In this document: positions 10,145 through 21,552 of the stretch, piece after piece
How the letters are laid out: every line of letters starts with the position of its first letter
Numbering within the stretch: the first letter of the stretch is position 1
Origin: an uncultured Chloroflexia bacterium
GTDB taxonomy: Bacteria; Chloroflexota; Limnocylindria; Limnocylindrales; CSP1-4
Assembly (NCBI GenBank): GCA_963712745.1
Contig: CAVQJC010000001.1
Location: forward strand, 384,001 to 448,000
Direction of reading: 5' to 3'
DNA length: 64,000 nt
Notes under the pieces: model-generated
The model's input: the letters and a program-made list of their open reading frames with translations, nothing else
Database searches by the model: none
Told to the model about the DNA's origin: nothing
Translations under genes and position numbers: made by a program

Positions 10145-11349
10145 GCTCACTCGTCGCTTCCAGTCTCGACGTGATCGAACGGAATCAAGCGTCCACTGGG
10201 GCCTTCGTCGCCGCTCCGGGGTACGCAACGTACGCCTACAGCTGGTTGCGCGACGGGTCGTTCATCGCGGCAGCCCTCGATGCCTACGGTCGCAGGTCCG
10301 CTGCTACTGCATTCCATACCTGGGTCGCCCGGACCATCGAGCGGTACGGATACAAAGTCGAACGCCTTGAGGCCAGCGTCGACGCGACGGGCAAAGACGG
10401 CGGCAGCGCGGTCATGCCGCTCGACGATAGCCACGCACTTCACACGCGGTTCACCGTCGAGGGCGTGGAGGGAAGCGAAGACTGGGGCAATTTCCAGCTC
10501 GATGGCTATGGCTTCTGGCTCACGTGCGTTGCCCGGCATCTGCTACTCACGGGAACGGACCCAGCGCCGTTCTTGACCGCGATCGACCTGGTCCGCCGAT
10601 ACCTGGCACTCAGTTGGGAATACCCCTGCTACGACGCCTGGGAGGAGTACCCGACGCATCGGCACATGGCGACCTGGGCGGCGGTCTCGAAGGGGCTCGC
10701 CGCATCCGACCAGCTCGGCTTGAGCGTGGTGCCGATCGGAACCTCCGGGGAGATCCTGCGGCGACTCGTCAGCCTGACCCAACCCGACCACGTGCTCAAG
10801 AAGTTCGTGCCCGGGGATGCTTCGGGCATACATGCGGCGGCGGCCGAGGCCCCGCCACGAACAGGCGTGACTTCGGCCGGCCACGAGCGCATCGGGCGCG
10901 CGTTGACCGATGACGACATCGATGGCAGCGCTCTGCTCGTGTTGGGTGACTTCGGACCGTTTTCGCCGACCAGCAACATCGCGCGCAGCACGATCGGCGC
11001 CATCGACGCATCTCTCGTCCATGAGGGTGGCGTACACCGGTACCTCGAGGATGAGTTCTACGGAGGCGGTCTCTGGGTCGTGCTCGGAGGCGCTAGGGCT
11101 GTCGTCCTCGCCAGCATGGACCCACAAGCCGCGGCCAAGGCCATCGAATGGATCGAGTCCACGGCGGACCCCCAGGGCTACCTGCCGGAACAGGTTTCCG
11201 TGCGTCTGCGCAAGCCGGAGCGAATGGCGGCCTGGGTGGACCACTGGGGCCCGCCTGCCCAACCCCTGCTGTGGTCTCATGCGATGTACCTTCTGGCCGT
11301 AGACGCAATGACCAAGGCAGCGAGCAGCCGATCCTCGAACCTGACCTGA
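10141..11349 (+). CDS. Glycoside hydrolase family 15 (glucoamylase/trehalase-like)
   Basis: YSWLRDGSF, QLDGYG, DAWEE, LPEQV, PLLWSHAMY motifs. Confidence 0.85.
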   Translation: MSSLVASSLDVIERNQASTGAFVAAPGYATYAYSWLRDGSFIAAALDAYGRRSAATAFHTWVARTIERYGYKVERLEASVDATGKDGGSAVMPLDDSHALHTRFTVEGVEGSEDWGNFQLDGYGFWLTCVARHLLLTGTDPAPFLTAIDLVRRYLALSWEYPCYDAWEEYPTHRHMATWAAVSKGLAASDQLGLSVVPIGTSGEILRRLVSLTQPDHVLKKFVPGDASGIHAAAAEAPPRTGVTSAGHERIGRALTDDDIDGSALLVLGDFGPFSPTSNIARSTIGAIDASLVHEGGVHRYLEDEFYGGGLWVVLGGARAVVLASMDPQAAAKAIEWIESTADPQGYLPEQVSVRLRKPERMAAWVDHWGPPAQPLLWSHAMYLLAVDAMTKAASSRSSNLT

Positions 11350-11400
11350 TCGTGGGGGTCGGTTGCCGACGATCCCGTTTCTGATCACGCAGGAGCAGAC

Positions 11401-12165
11401 ATGCAGCATCCGTTCGATCTCTCGGGCAAGACCGCGCTGGTCACGGGTGCCAACCGTGGCCTTGGTCGCGCCATCGCCGTGGGCATGGCATCCGCGGGAG
11501 CAGACGTCGTCGGCGTGTCGGCGAACCAGGCCGCCATCGACTCGGGCGTCGCGACCGAGGTGGCGGCGACGGGACGGTCGTTCGCCAGTCACGCTTGCGA
11601 TCTCGCCGACCGCGACGACATCTACCGTCTGGTCGAGACACTGAGGGCGCAACGACTGGCCATCGATATCCTCGTCAACAACGCTGGCATCGTGCGGCGT
11701 GCACCGGCGGCGCGCCACACCGATGCTGATTGGGATGACGTGCTCGATGTGAATCTGACGGCGCCGTTCATCCTCGCCCGAGAGTTGGCCAAGCCGATGC
11801 TCGAGCGTCGGCACGGCAAGATCATCTTCATCGGCTCGGTGCTGAGCTTCCAGGGCGGCATCAACGTGCCTGGCTACGCCGTCTCCAAGAGCGGCATCGC
11901 TGGGCTGACCAAAGCACTCGCCAACGAATGGGCGGCCGGCAACGTGAACGTCAACGCCATCGCGCCCGGCTACATGACCACCGATAACACCCAAGCCCTG
12001 CATACGGACCCGGTCAGGTCGAGGGGTATCCTCGAGCGCATCCCAGCGGGTCGCTGGGGCAGAGCCGAAGACATCGCGGGTGCCGCGGTCTTTCTTGCCT
12101 CGCGCGCAGCCGACTATGTGCATGGCAGCGTGATCAGCGTGGATGGCGGGTGGATGGGACGCTAG
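11401..12165 (+). CDS. kduD: 2-dehydro-3-deoxy-D-gluconate 5-dehydrogenase-like SDR
   Basis: SVLSFQGGINVPGYAVSK, ALANEWA, ERIPAGRWG, VDGGWMGR typical of KduD. Confidence 0.85.
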   Translation: MQHPFDLSGKTALVTGANRGLGRAIAVGMASAGADVVGVSANQAAIDSGVATEVAATGRSFASHACDLADRDDIYRLVETLRAQRLAIDILVNNAGIVRRAPAARHTDADWDDVLDVNLTAPFILARELAKPMLERRHGKIIFIGSVLSFQGGINVPGYAVSKSGIAGLTKALANEWAAGNVNVNAIAPGYMTTDNTQALHTDPVRSRGILERIPAGRWGRAEDIAGAAVFLASRAADYVHGSVISVDGGWMGR

Positions 12166-12259
12166 GGCCATCAACCACCGGCCAGCCAAGCAAGCCCCGC
12201 CATCGACTCCGTATCTCCGCAAACGCTAGGCACGGGACCATGCCCCACACCGGCCCTCG

Positions 12260-13842
12260 ATGGACGTCTATTCCCGCCAGCAAGCGAAGGCGATGACGAC
12301 AGACAGAGCATCGCTCCGCGCAGAACGCATCCCTGGCATCGCCGGCAGCGTGCGGGTGCCCCACTTCGAGGCTCGTGTTGTGCGCGACGAGCTGGTCACC
12401 GAGGGTGACGAGGATGTGCTGCTCGGCCACCAGGTGGGCGAATGGTCAGGTCACGCGGGTGGCAACTGGGTGCGCTGGCGTTGGCAGGATGACACGCTGA
12501 CTGTCACCAACGACCCCTTTGGTGCCTATCCGTGCTACTACGCCGCCACCGATTCATCCATCGCGATCTCGCCGTCGATCGACCGACTGCTGACTTCGGG
12601 TGCAAGCCGTGAGCTTGACCTTGATGCTCTCGCCGCATTCCTGGCCGTGGGCTACTACCCCGGCACCGATACGCCGTTCCGTTCCATCCGGGCACTGCCC
12701 CCTGCCTGCGAGCTGACCTGGAGCAAGCGCAGCCTGTCGATCGCGAGTCATCCGACTCGCTTCGTCCTTTCGGACATGACGAGAGCACAAGCCAGCGAAG
12801 GCGTGAACGAGCTCTTTCGGCAGGCCATTGCGCGTCGCATCCCCGATGGTCCGGCCGACTACATCATGCCCATCAGCGGCGGCCGTGATTCGCGACATAT
12901 CCTGCTCGAGCTCATGCGCCAGGACCATCCGCCGCGTATGACGCTGACGGTCGACCACTTTCCCTTCGATTGGGGCGGCGACGTGCCATATGCAGCACGT
13001 CTGGCCCACGAGCTGGGCCTACAGCACACGGTGGTGCGGCCGGATAGGCCGGTCGTGACGGAACAGCGCAAGAACCATCTGGTGAGCTACGGCTCGCCGA
13101 TGCACGCCTGGTTCGTCCCGGCTGCTGACCTGCTGACTGCCCAGACCAGCTATACCTACGAAGGCCTGCCTGGGGGCACCGTGCTGGAACGCCACTTCTT
13201 CTCGAACAGGGTCCGGGCCAAGGCCGCTGCGGGCAGCTGGGACGAGCTGGCCGCGTGGATGGGCAAGAAGGCTGACGGCCAGCCACGCTACGCACCACTG
13301 CTGACAACATCGCTGCGAGAGACCCTTGGGGCCGATCGCGCAACGACTCGCATCCGCGCCGAGATAGAGCGGCACCTCGACAAGGATGACCCCCTCATGT
13401 CGTACCGTTTCTGGAATCGCACGATGCGCGAGTCGACGCTGGTCCCCAACGCCATGATGTCCGGCATCCCGGCGGTCTACACGCCGTTCATGGACCCCGA
13501 TTTCCTCGTCTTCGCCATGTCGATCCCGCCGCAATTCATCGACCGAGCCTTTCACGACGATCTGCTGGCCGCGGCGTTTCCGCAGGTCGCGCACGTGCCC
13601 TACAAGCCAGAACGCAAACCCAGACCGTCGCGCAGCTACCTCCGACGCCTTGACCTCGACATCCTGCGGTTGCTGCAACACAGCGATGGCTCGCTGGTGG
13701 ATCGGTCGTCACTCATGCGGCGTGCCGTCGGAGGATCGTCCGAGGCGACGACTGGTTCACGTGGGGCCGCCGGTTCTCCCTACTGACCTACCTCGTCCAG
13801 CTCGAGGAGTTGCAGAACCCGGAGCCCGACTCTGCGACGTAG
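12260..13842 (+). CDS. Asparagine synthase-related protein (probable frameshift near 13735)
   Basis: DPFGAYPCYY and DTPFRSIRALPP Ntn-like region; PP-loop ISGGRDSR; TPFMD. Confidence 0.75.
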
Positions 13843-13954
13843 GCTCGAGGATCCTGGGGCACTAGGCGCACGCGTGAGACGCGAGCCACCCCGGCCCCGA
13901 CTGCCGATGGCTGGTCCTCGTGTCAGCCAGCCCCCGAGGTTCGGCTCGGGCGCG

Positions 13955-16310
13955 TCAGCCGAAGAACTCGGTCGTCGTCGCGACCATCAGACGAACCGCC
14001 AGGGGGATGGCTGATTCGTCCACATCGAACGAGCCGCTGTGCAGGTCGAGTCGTTTGCCGAGTGCGCTCGGGTCGTGCACGCCGACGCGGACGTACGCGC
14101 CCGGCCGCTCGAGCAGGTACCAGGCGAAGTCATCGCCGCCCCAACTCTGGATGATCGGGCGGATGGCAGCCAGGCCGAACTCTGCGATGGCCGCGGCGTG
14201 CACATCGGCCGCGACAACCGCATCGTTGATGACCGGCGGCACACCCTGGACATAGTCGAGCTGGTATTCGGCGCCACTATCGACGAGCAGCTCGGCGAGC
14301 GCGCGGCCGACAGCCTGGGGCAACCGTCGCCAGGTCTCGGTCGAGGGTGTACGCACCGAACCGCGCAACACGCAACGAGACGGGATGACGTTGGCAGCGT
14401 CGCCGGAGCGCAACATCCCGAAGCCGACGCGCACCGCCGCCGGGTCGCCGCTCAGCTCCGCGATCCTGCCGGGTAGCGCCTGGACGAGGCGAGCCGCCAG
14501 CGTGATCATGTCCACGGTCCGCTCCGGCCGGGCTGTATGACCGCCCGGACCGGTCAGCGTGATAGTCAGCATGTCAGCTGCCGAAGAGACCGGACCAGGC
14601 CCGATGCCGAAGAGACCTGCGTCCAGCGACGGGTCGCAATGCAGTCCCACGATGGCGTCCACATCATCGAGCGCGCCATTCTCGATCGCCGCCAACGCAC
14701 CGCCGGGAACACGCTCCTCGTCCGGCTGGAAGATGAAGCGCACCGGGCCGCCGAGTCGCTCAGGGTGATGCGCCAGGTAGAGGGCAGCACCGAGCATCAC
14801 GGTCGTGTGCACGTCGTGGCCGCAGGCGTGTGAGATACCGGGTACCTGGCTGCGGTAGTGCGCGTCCTTCTCGTCGTCAAGTGGCAACGCATCGATGTCA
14901 GCCCGTAACGCCAACCTTGGGCGCTCGTCGTGCCCTGGGCTGATATCGCAGATAAGACCCGTGCCCGAGGCCAGCACGCGCGGCTCCAGGCCAGCCAAAC
15001 GGAGTCGCTCGCCGATCAGCTCGGTCGTGGCGTACTCCTCACCGCCAAGCTCGGGATGCGCATGCAGTCGGCGCCGCACAGCGATGAGATCTTCGCCGTG
15101 TTCACCGAGCCACGTATCGATATCGCGGGTCCTGCCGACGCTGTCCACGCTCACGGCGGTCGTCGGGCGATCGTCCGCCAGCTCATCGGCCAAGTGGTTC
15201 ACCACATCGAGCAGCGTAGCGCCCTGCTCCACGAGCTGTCGTTGTCGCATCGCACCCGAGCCATGTTCGAGGATAGCCAGCACAGACAGCAGCTCAGCAT
15301 GGCATCCCAGGCGCGTCGCGGTCGGCTCGAGCTCGGCCACGAGTTCGCTGACCAGCTCGCGAACCGGTCGGCGCGCGGGTCGGCCATCGACGCCGCCGTC
15401 CTCGACGATCAGAGCCGCGTCCAGACCGTACCGCCCTGCCAGCCAGCGGTTCTCGTGGACAGTCCATTCGCGCGGTGGGTCAGGCAGGCCACTGGCATCG
15501 AGACGTTCGTGACAGCGCGCGACCATGCACTGGGCCAGCGCAGCGATGGCCGTCACCTCGGATAGCGTCTGTGGCGCATCGCACATGCGCAACTCGATGG
15601 TGCCGAACTCGGGGTGCGGACGGATGTCCCACCAGACCTCACGGATCGAGGTGATGAGCTGTGCATCGAGCAACGTCGACATGAAGGCCTCGAAATCGAC
15701 CCAATCCTCGAGCTGGGGCGGCAGGCCGGCCGTCGGCAGGGACTCGAAGACCTTCGAGCGCGCCGACGCGAGGCCGGAGTCCTCGCCTTCGAAGTACGGA
15801 CTCGACGAGGACAATGCGAGGAAGAGCGGCAGGGTGCGGCGCAGCTCGTTGATGATGGCGATAGCGCGCTGGCCGTTGCGCACTCCGACGTGCACGTGCA
15901 TGCCACAGATCAACAAGCGCCGCGCCGGCCACTGCATCGCCTCGACCAGCTCCTCGTAGCGCGGGTCCGGGACTGATCTGCTGCCTTCGGGCGATGCCGA
16001 ATGGGTGCGTGCCGGAACTGATGATGCGCAGCCCGCGTGTATCGGTGTGCTGGCGCAGCTCATCGAGTGTGCCCTGCAGATCGCGCCGGACTTGAGCCGG
16101 CGTTTCACAGACGCCGGTGATGATCTCGATAGTCGACTGGAACAGCTCGTGCTTGGCCTTGGGGTGTTCGCCGCCGGGGTGACCGGCGCCCATCTCGGCG
16201 AGGATCTCGGTGGCCGCCGACACGAGGTCGCCGGTTTGCGCATCGATCAGATGCAACTCCAGTTCGACGCCGACTGTCTGTCGGTCATTGCGTGTGAACT
16301 CGATCGCCAT
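13955..16310 (-). CDS. YbdK/GCS2 glutamate-cysteine (carboxylate-amine) ligase apparently fused to an M20D amidohydrolase (frameshift near 15975)
   Basis: TVGVELE, GMHVHVG, WWDIRPHPEFGTIELRMCD; same frame continues into RRRLHAHPELG, ALRADIDALP, HACGHDVH, FQPDEE, GGHTARP. Confidence 0.85.
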
Positions 16311-16519
16311 CAGGCCGACGGTCCCTCTGCTTCAGGCGTGAGAGTCTCTCATACCCCAAACGACCGAGCGAGCATGGCGAACACAGTTGCTGATCGAGAG
16401 GGACCTGGAATCATCCGATTGGGGCGATGCCGGACGACGGGTCGAAGTCCATCGTCGCGAGATACGGGGCGAGCCGCCCATGGCCCATGAAGAACGCTCT
16501 CAGAGAGGGGAGTTCCAAG

Positions 16520-17395
16520 ATGTCGGATGACGCTGCATCTAGGTCGAATTGGCGCCGCACGTTGAGGCTCGGGCTCGGCAGCGCCATCGCGCTGTGCTTT
16601 GCGCTAGTCGGAGCGGGCGCCATCGCGCAGTCAAGCCCGGAGCCCAGCGCGCCGGCGTCCACGTCAGGTTCGGAGGCGTCCGTCAGCGAGCCGATCCCGA
16701 TGAATTCACTCGGGGACCTGTCATCCCTCGACGCGGTGGTGACCATCACAGCCGACGGGACCATGGAAGGCAAGCAGATGAGCGGTGACATCACCGCGAC
16801 GTTGACCAGCAACGATCAATCACAGAGCCAGATCGACGTGACCGGCAGCCTGCTTGGTCCCGTCGCGGCGCAAGTCGGGGGCAAGCTCGTCGGGCTCTTC
16901 CGACCCAAGCAGGCAAGCGTCTACACCGTGTCCGACGGCACCTACGTGGTCGTCTCGGGTCTCACCGACGTGTGCGTCAAGCCCGCGGACAACGCGGCGA
17001 CCGACGCACTCAGCCAGCTAAGCCCGCAGGTCCTCATGGAGACGCTAACGAGCAGCGACGTCGCCCAGGGCCAGTTCGTGGGTGACGAGACGATCGACGG
17101 AACCCCGGTCAAGCATTACGTCATCGACGGCGCACAGTTCCTGGACGCGGCGCAATCGGCGAGCACCGACCCGACTGTGCAGAGCTTCGCCCAGTCGCTC
17201 ACCGGCGCTGCGGACGCCGATCTGTATGTCTCGACGGAGAGCGGCTACCCGGTGAGTTATAGCGGCAGCTTCAGCGGCGCATACGAACCATTGGGCCTGG
17301 ATGGCGACTTCACCGTCCAGATCGACCTGACCGGCGTCAACTCGAACGCGCCCGTGGCACTGCCAGGAGCATGCGATCACCCGATCCCCTACTAG
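16520..17395 (+). CDS. Secreted protein, possible LolA/LppX-like fold
   Basis: Signal peptide ending AIA-Q, Ser/Pro linker, GDETIDGTPVKHY motif, two Cys. Confidence 0.65.
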   Translation: MSDDAASRSNWRRTLRLGLGSAIALCFALVGAGAIAQSSPEPSAPASTSGSEASVSEPIPMNSLGDLSSLDAVVTITADGTMEGKQMSGDITATLTSNDQSQSQIDVTGSLLGPVAAQVGGKLVGLFRPKQASVYTVSDGTYVVVSGLTDVCVKPADNAATDALSQLSPQVLMETLTSSDVAQGQFVGDETIDGTPVKHYVIDGAQFLDAAQSASTDPTVQSFAQSLTGAADADLYVSTESGYPVSYSGSFSGAYEPLGLDGDFTVQIDLTGVNSNAPVALPGACDHPIPY

Positions 17396-17630
17396 GCACT
17401 CCTCGGCCAGATGCAAGGACAAGGATCGCTGGTGAGCTCGATGCCGACAACGTCGTGGGGCAAGTGACACGACCTGCCAGTGACACGGTTTCGGTGACGA
17501 TGGACAACCCTTCCGTCGTCAGACCATTGACGGAACGAAGGTCCCGTCCGCATCCTAGTACTTCCGGCGCTTCCCCTCGAGGGGATCCGAGCCGGTCACC
17601 CTTGTCGTCATCGCTAGGAGCCAACTCAAA

Positions 17631-17888
17631 ATGGATAGCCCCCAGGATCGATTCGAACGAAGGACCTACCGGGTCCGCTTCGATGGTGGACCGCGGGATG
17701 CCGCACAGACCGCAGTCCTGAGCCTCGACTCGGGCCAGCCGCCCGACATCCTCCTGACCCCCGGCAAACCTGACTGGATCTATGTCCTGGCTGGGGGTGC
17801 CCGCCGGGACGGCAGCCTGCCGTACTTGTGGATGCCACACGGGAGGAGGGTTGCTGCCCTGAGGGGTCATTCGCCACGGACGACCTAA
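17631..17888 (+). CDS. Small hypothetical protein (85 aa)
   Basis: AGGAG SD upstream; VRFDGGPRD motif. Confidence 0.5.
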   Translation: MDSPQDRFERRTYRVRFDGGPRDAAQTAVLSLDSGQPPDILLTPGKPDWIYVLAGGARRDGSLPYLWMPHGRRVAALRGHSPRTT

Positions 17889-18230
17889 GGGCTGCGGCCC
17901 CGACACGAAGGAGAGAGAGATGCCGGGGCCGCGGAGGATGGGTGAGGAGGGCCCGGCGCCAATGCCTGCCTAAAGCGGCTACCGGCGGGGGTAGTGATCG
18001 AGCGAGCTCCTCGTCGTCGGTGCCGACGGGCCTTGGTGCGCAAGATGGGAGACGCGACAGCTCACGGGTTCGAGACGCTCGAGGCCCAGGGTCGCCTCTG
18101 CCCAATTTGACATGCGCTCGTCGGTATCTCCATCATGAGCGCTGCTGAAGACCATCGCTGCGGACCATCTGGACGTAGCTCGGATTCCGCGGGACGGTCG
18201 TCCTGCCGGGGGATACGAGGAGAACGACTC

Positions 18231-19238
18231 GTGCGCATAGGGCTCTTCGGAGCGGGGCGCATCGGCAAGATGCATGCCGACGTGTTGACGACGCTCGACG
18301 GGATCGACCAGATAATCATCGCGGACCCGGACGCGGCGGCCGCCGCCAGGCTTGCCGAGCAGATCGGCGCCACTTCCGAATCTGTGGATGACGCGGTCGC
18401 TCGCGTTGACGCGATGATCATCGCGGCTGCCAGCGATGCACATGCCCCGCTCACCCGCACGGGCCTCGAGCGCGGCATCCCGGTCTTCTGCGAGAAGCCG
18501 CTGGCGCCGGATCTCGCCGATGCCATCAGCCTGGCGCGCGACATCGAGGCCTCGGGCGTGCCATTCCAGCTCGGCTTCCAGCGGCGTTTCGACCCTGCCT
18601 ACATCGAGGCGCGACGCCTGGTGGACAGCGGCGAGTTGGGCACGCTCTACTGCGTTCGCCTGGCCGGCCATGACCCGGCGCCACCCCACGAGTCGTACAT
18701 CCCTGTTTCAGGGGGACTCTTCCGGGACTTCTCGGGCCATGATTTCGACATCCTGCGCTGGCTCACCGGCAGCGAAGTCGAGGAGGTCTATGCCGACGGG
18801 TCGGTCCGAGGTTTCCCCGTGTTCGCCAAATACGGCGACGTCGATACGGCCACCGCGATGTTGCGACTCGAATCCGGGGCGCTGGCGGTCATGACCGTTG
18901 CCCGCCATGACCCGCTCGGCTATGACATCCGCACCGAACTCTTCGGGTCCAGGGACAGCATCAGCGTAGGTATGGGGCCGAGGCAGCCCATCCGCTCGGT
19001 CGAACCCGGAGTTCCAGCACCTGCCGGCCCCGCCTGGCCCAACTTCCAGGAGCGGTTCGCCGACGCCTACCGCGCAGAGCTCGAGGGTTTCCTCGTGTTG
19101 GCGCGCGGAGAGGGCCGATCCGCATGCACGGCCCTTGACGGTGTCGAGGCTGGCCGCATCGCCGAGGCGACGACTCGCTCCCGCCTGGAGCATCGACCCG
19201 TCCGTCTCACGGAGATTCCCGGCGTGGTGGATCGATAA
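18231..19238 (+). CDS. iolG: myo-inositol 2-dehydrogenase (Gfo/Idh/MocA)
   Basis: GAGRIG, CEKP, GFQRRFDP, HDPAPP..YI..SGGLFRD...HDFD, GYDIRTE; iol context. Confidence 0.8.
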   Translation: MRIGLFGAGRIGKMHADVLTTLDGIDQIIIADPDAAAAARLAEQIGATSESVDDAVARVDAMIIAAASDAHAPLTRTGLERGIPVFCEKPLAPDLADAISLARDIEASGVPFQLGFQRRFDPAYIEARRLVDSGELGTLYCVRLAGHDPAPPHESYIPVSGGLFRDFSGHDFDILRWLTGSEVEEVYADGSVRGFPVFAKYGDVDTATAMLRLESGALAVMTVARHDPLGYDIRTELFGSRDSISVGMGPRQPIRSVEPGVPAPAGPAWPNFQERFADAYRAELEGFLVLARGEGRSACTALDGVEAGRIAEATTRSRLEHRPVRLTEIPGVVDR

Positions 19239-19266
19239 CCGGGACGGGCGAACCTGCGCACTGTGC

Positions 19267-21512
19267 CTACCCGCTCCTCCCGACGCCGAACGCTGCAAGT
19301 ACGTTGCGTACGAGGGTCGCGATAGCCACGTCCGAAGCGAGAGCACCCGTTGCCCCGATGCTACCGAGACTCACGACGCGGCCGCCGGCGGGTCGCTCCC
19401 AGTAGATGAGGTCTGCGCCCTGGTCATGCCTGAGGCCCTGCCATTCGAGGTTGGGCTGCTTGGCAGTGGCCAGAATCACCTGCCCCGGTAACGCTTCGGC
19501 GCGCGTGCCCACCTTCTCCGGGACGGCGTCGAACTCATAGCCACTGACCATCGGTCCATTCAGGCCGGACTCGCCGATGGTGCCGGTCGCGGACAGCGGG
19601 ACCCATTCGGGCTGATGAAAGAGCCAGTGTTCGGGCCGCAGCACCAGCAGGGGGCGGAAGGCGGTGGGCGTGCCATCGTCGATCATGCCCTGTGGGTCCA
19701 GACCCAGCGTCTCGTGAGCATGGCGGCCGATACGACGATAAGAGCCTCCGGGGCGCCCGTCGGTCGAATGCCAGCGCTCGCCCCAGTGATCGGGATCGAG
19801 CCAGCGCACATCGACATCGTCGACCTCCTTGCGGCACTCCAACAGCGTCATCGACCGATCGAACGACACACGCCAATGGATGCTGTCACCCGACAACGAG
19901 ATGACCGCTCCGCCGCGATCCAGATAGTCCTCGACGCCCGTGCGGGCCTCATCGGACCAGTACTCCGAATGACCAGCCACGAACAGCACGTCGAAGCCAT
20001 CGAGCAGGCCGGGTTCCTCATGCAGATCGTGATCGGTGATGACCTCGAAGGCGTAGCCCTCGCGCTCCAGCCAGGCTTCGGCGTAGCGCTCCGGCCGGAC
20101 AAGGTGCGAGTGTCCGATCGCAGCGGCTCGTGCGGATTCGAAGCCGAAGGGCGTGGCGCGCGGCGATGGTGCACACGTCGTGAGCCAGAAGAATGGCCGG
20201 CCGCTGGCGTGCGTCGAATAGAACGACGCTTCCAGCCCGAACGACCGAGCAGTCGCGCTGGGGCGCCGTCCGTAGGCGTACCAGGTATTGGTGGCCAACA
20301 GTAGAGCGACGCTGCCGGAGCGACGCGGTCGCCGTCGTACGACCGCGAAGGTGATGGCCGTCGCATCATTTTCGGGCTGTCCAGTCAGCCGAATGAGTCC
20401 CGCGTACAGTCCTGAGGCCGCATCGTGGGGGACCTGCCACTCGGCTGCCACCGGCCACTCGCAATCGAGTAGATCATCGCTGGAAAGGCGGAGGCCATGG
20501 CCACGGCTGGCGTCGCTCGCGGGGTCGTAGCTGGCATCGCCGCGCGAAGGATCGAACCGCGGTCCGCCGATCTGCCAGGTCCCACCTTGCACGATCGTGC
20601 CGTGTCGTTCGCAGCCACTCGAAATCGGCCACCTGGTCGCCACGTTCTTCGACGAGGTCCCAGGCGCCCTGCAGCGGACCAAGGTCAAGCTCGCTCAGCG
20701 GGGTTCGTCCGCGATCGGCGACGATCGCGCCGAGCTTCGTAGCGTCCAGGATGGTCGCCGCGATGAACGGGGCGGCGACGTCGCCATCGAGGAAGTCATC
20801 GGCCAGTCCTCGTTCCGCTGAAGCACCGATGCGCAATCGAGAGTTCGCTCCGGCTTCGGCGAGCCCACCTCGGCGCGAATCCATCCTGGGGCGTGGCAGT
20901 GGCCACCGTGACCCCGTCGGTGAACATCGCCAGTTCATCACGGCCGAGTGTCGCGGCCACATGTACCCATCTCCCAAGACGCTCACCCAGCAGCGGCTCC
21001 GTCCAGTGCATCCGCTCGTGGTCGAAGACTCCACCGTCGCCGACATAGCAACCGATGCGACCGAGGTGATCGACCACGAGCGCGAAGCGTGCGGCCATCG
21101 GATAGTCCAGGTCGCTGATCAGGCTCGACCAGGCCCACTGGAGTTCGTCGAGCACCGGTAGTCGCCAGAGCCGCAGCCAAAGGCCGCAGCTGAGTGGGCC
21201 GGCGGGCAAGGGCGCCCCGCCGACATGGATGTAGGAGCCTGGCTCGATGTGCTGCGGCGTCGCAGTCGCGGATTCGAAGGAAGCGAGGGTCTCGACGTCT
21301 GCGCGATCTGCCTCAGCATCGCCGGGCGCATCGATGATGGCGTGCCGGCCTAGCCTGACCACGTCGAGTCGATATGCAGACGGCGCACTCAGGTGGAAGC
21401 GCACCGACTCGCCAGGGGCGACCCCGACCCGGTCGACGTAGCCCAGCGGACCCCGCACGGCGATCCTCCTCGCGTGTTCGGGCCGCTCCATCGCGATGCC
21501 CTGCGCGTTCAC
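19267..21512 (-). CDS. N,N-dimethylformamidase large-subunit-like protein with LamG-like insert (frameshift near 20800)
   Basis: GYVDRVGVAPGESVRFH, VPHDAASGLY, ATNTWYAY, WLEREGY..EVITDHDLH, GHSEYWS, GYEFD. Confidence 0.8.
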
Positions 21513-21552
21513 GGCCCACTACCTGGTGAAAGCGTGGGCGCTGCATGCATGC

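Noticed and set aside
9667-11349. 560-aa ORF suggesting a DUF3037-GH15 fusion
   Set aside because: The DUF3037 C-terminus lies in another frame (9959-10144) ending at an ATGA overlap, so the fusion is a frameshift artefact.
12166-13954. Lasso peptide cluster around the asparagine-synthase-like gene
   Set aside because: No precursor peptide, RRE/PqqD or B2 protease gene nearby.
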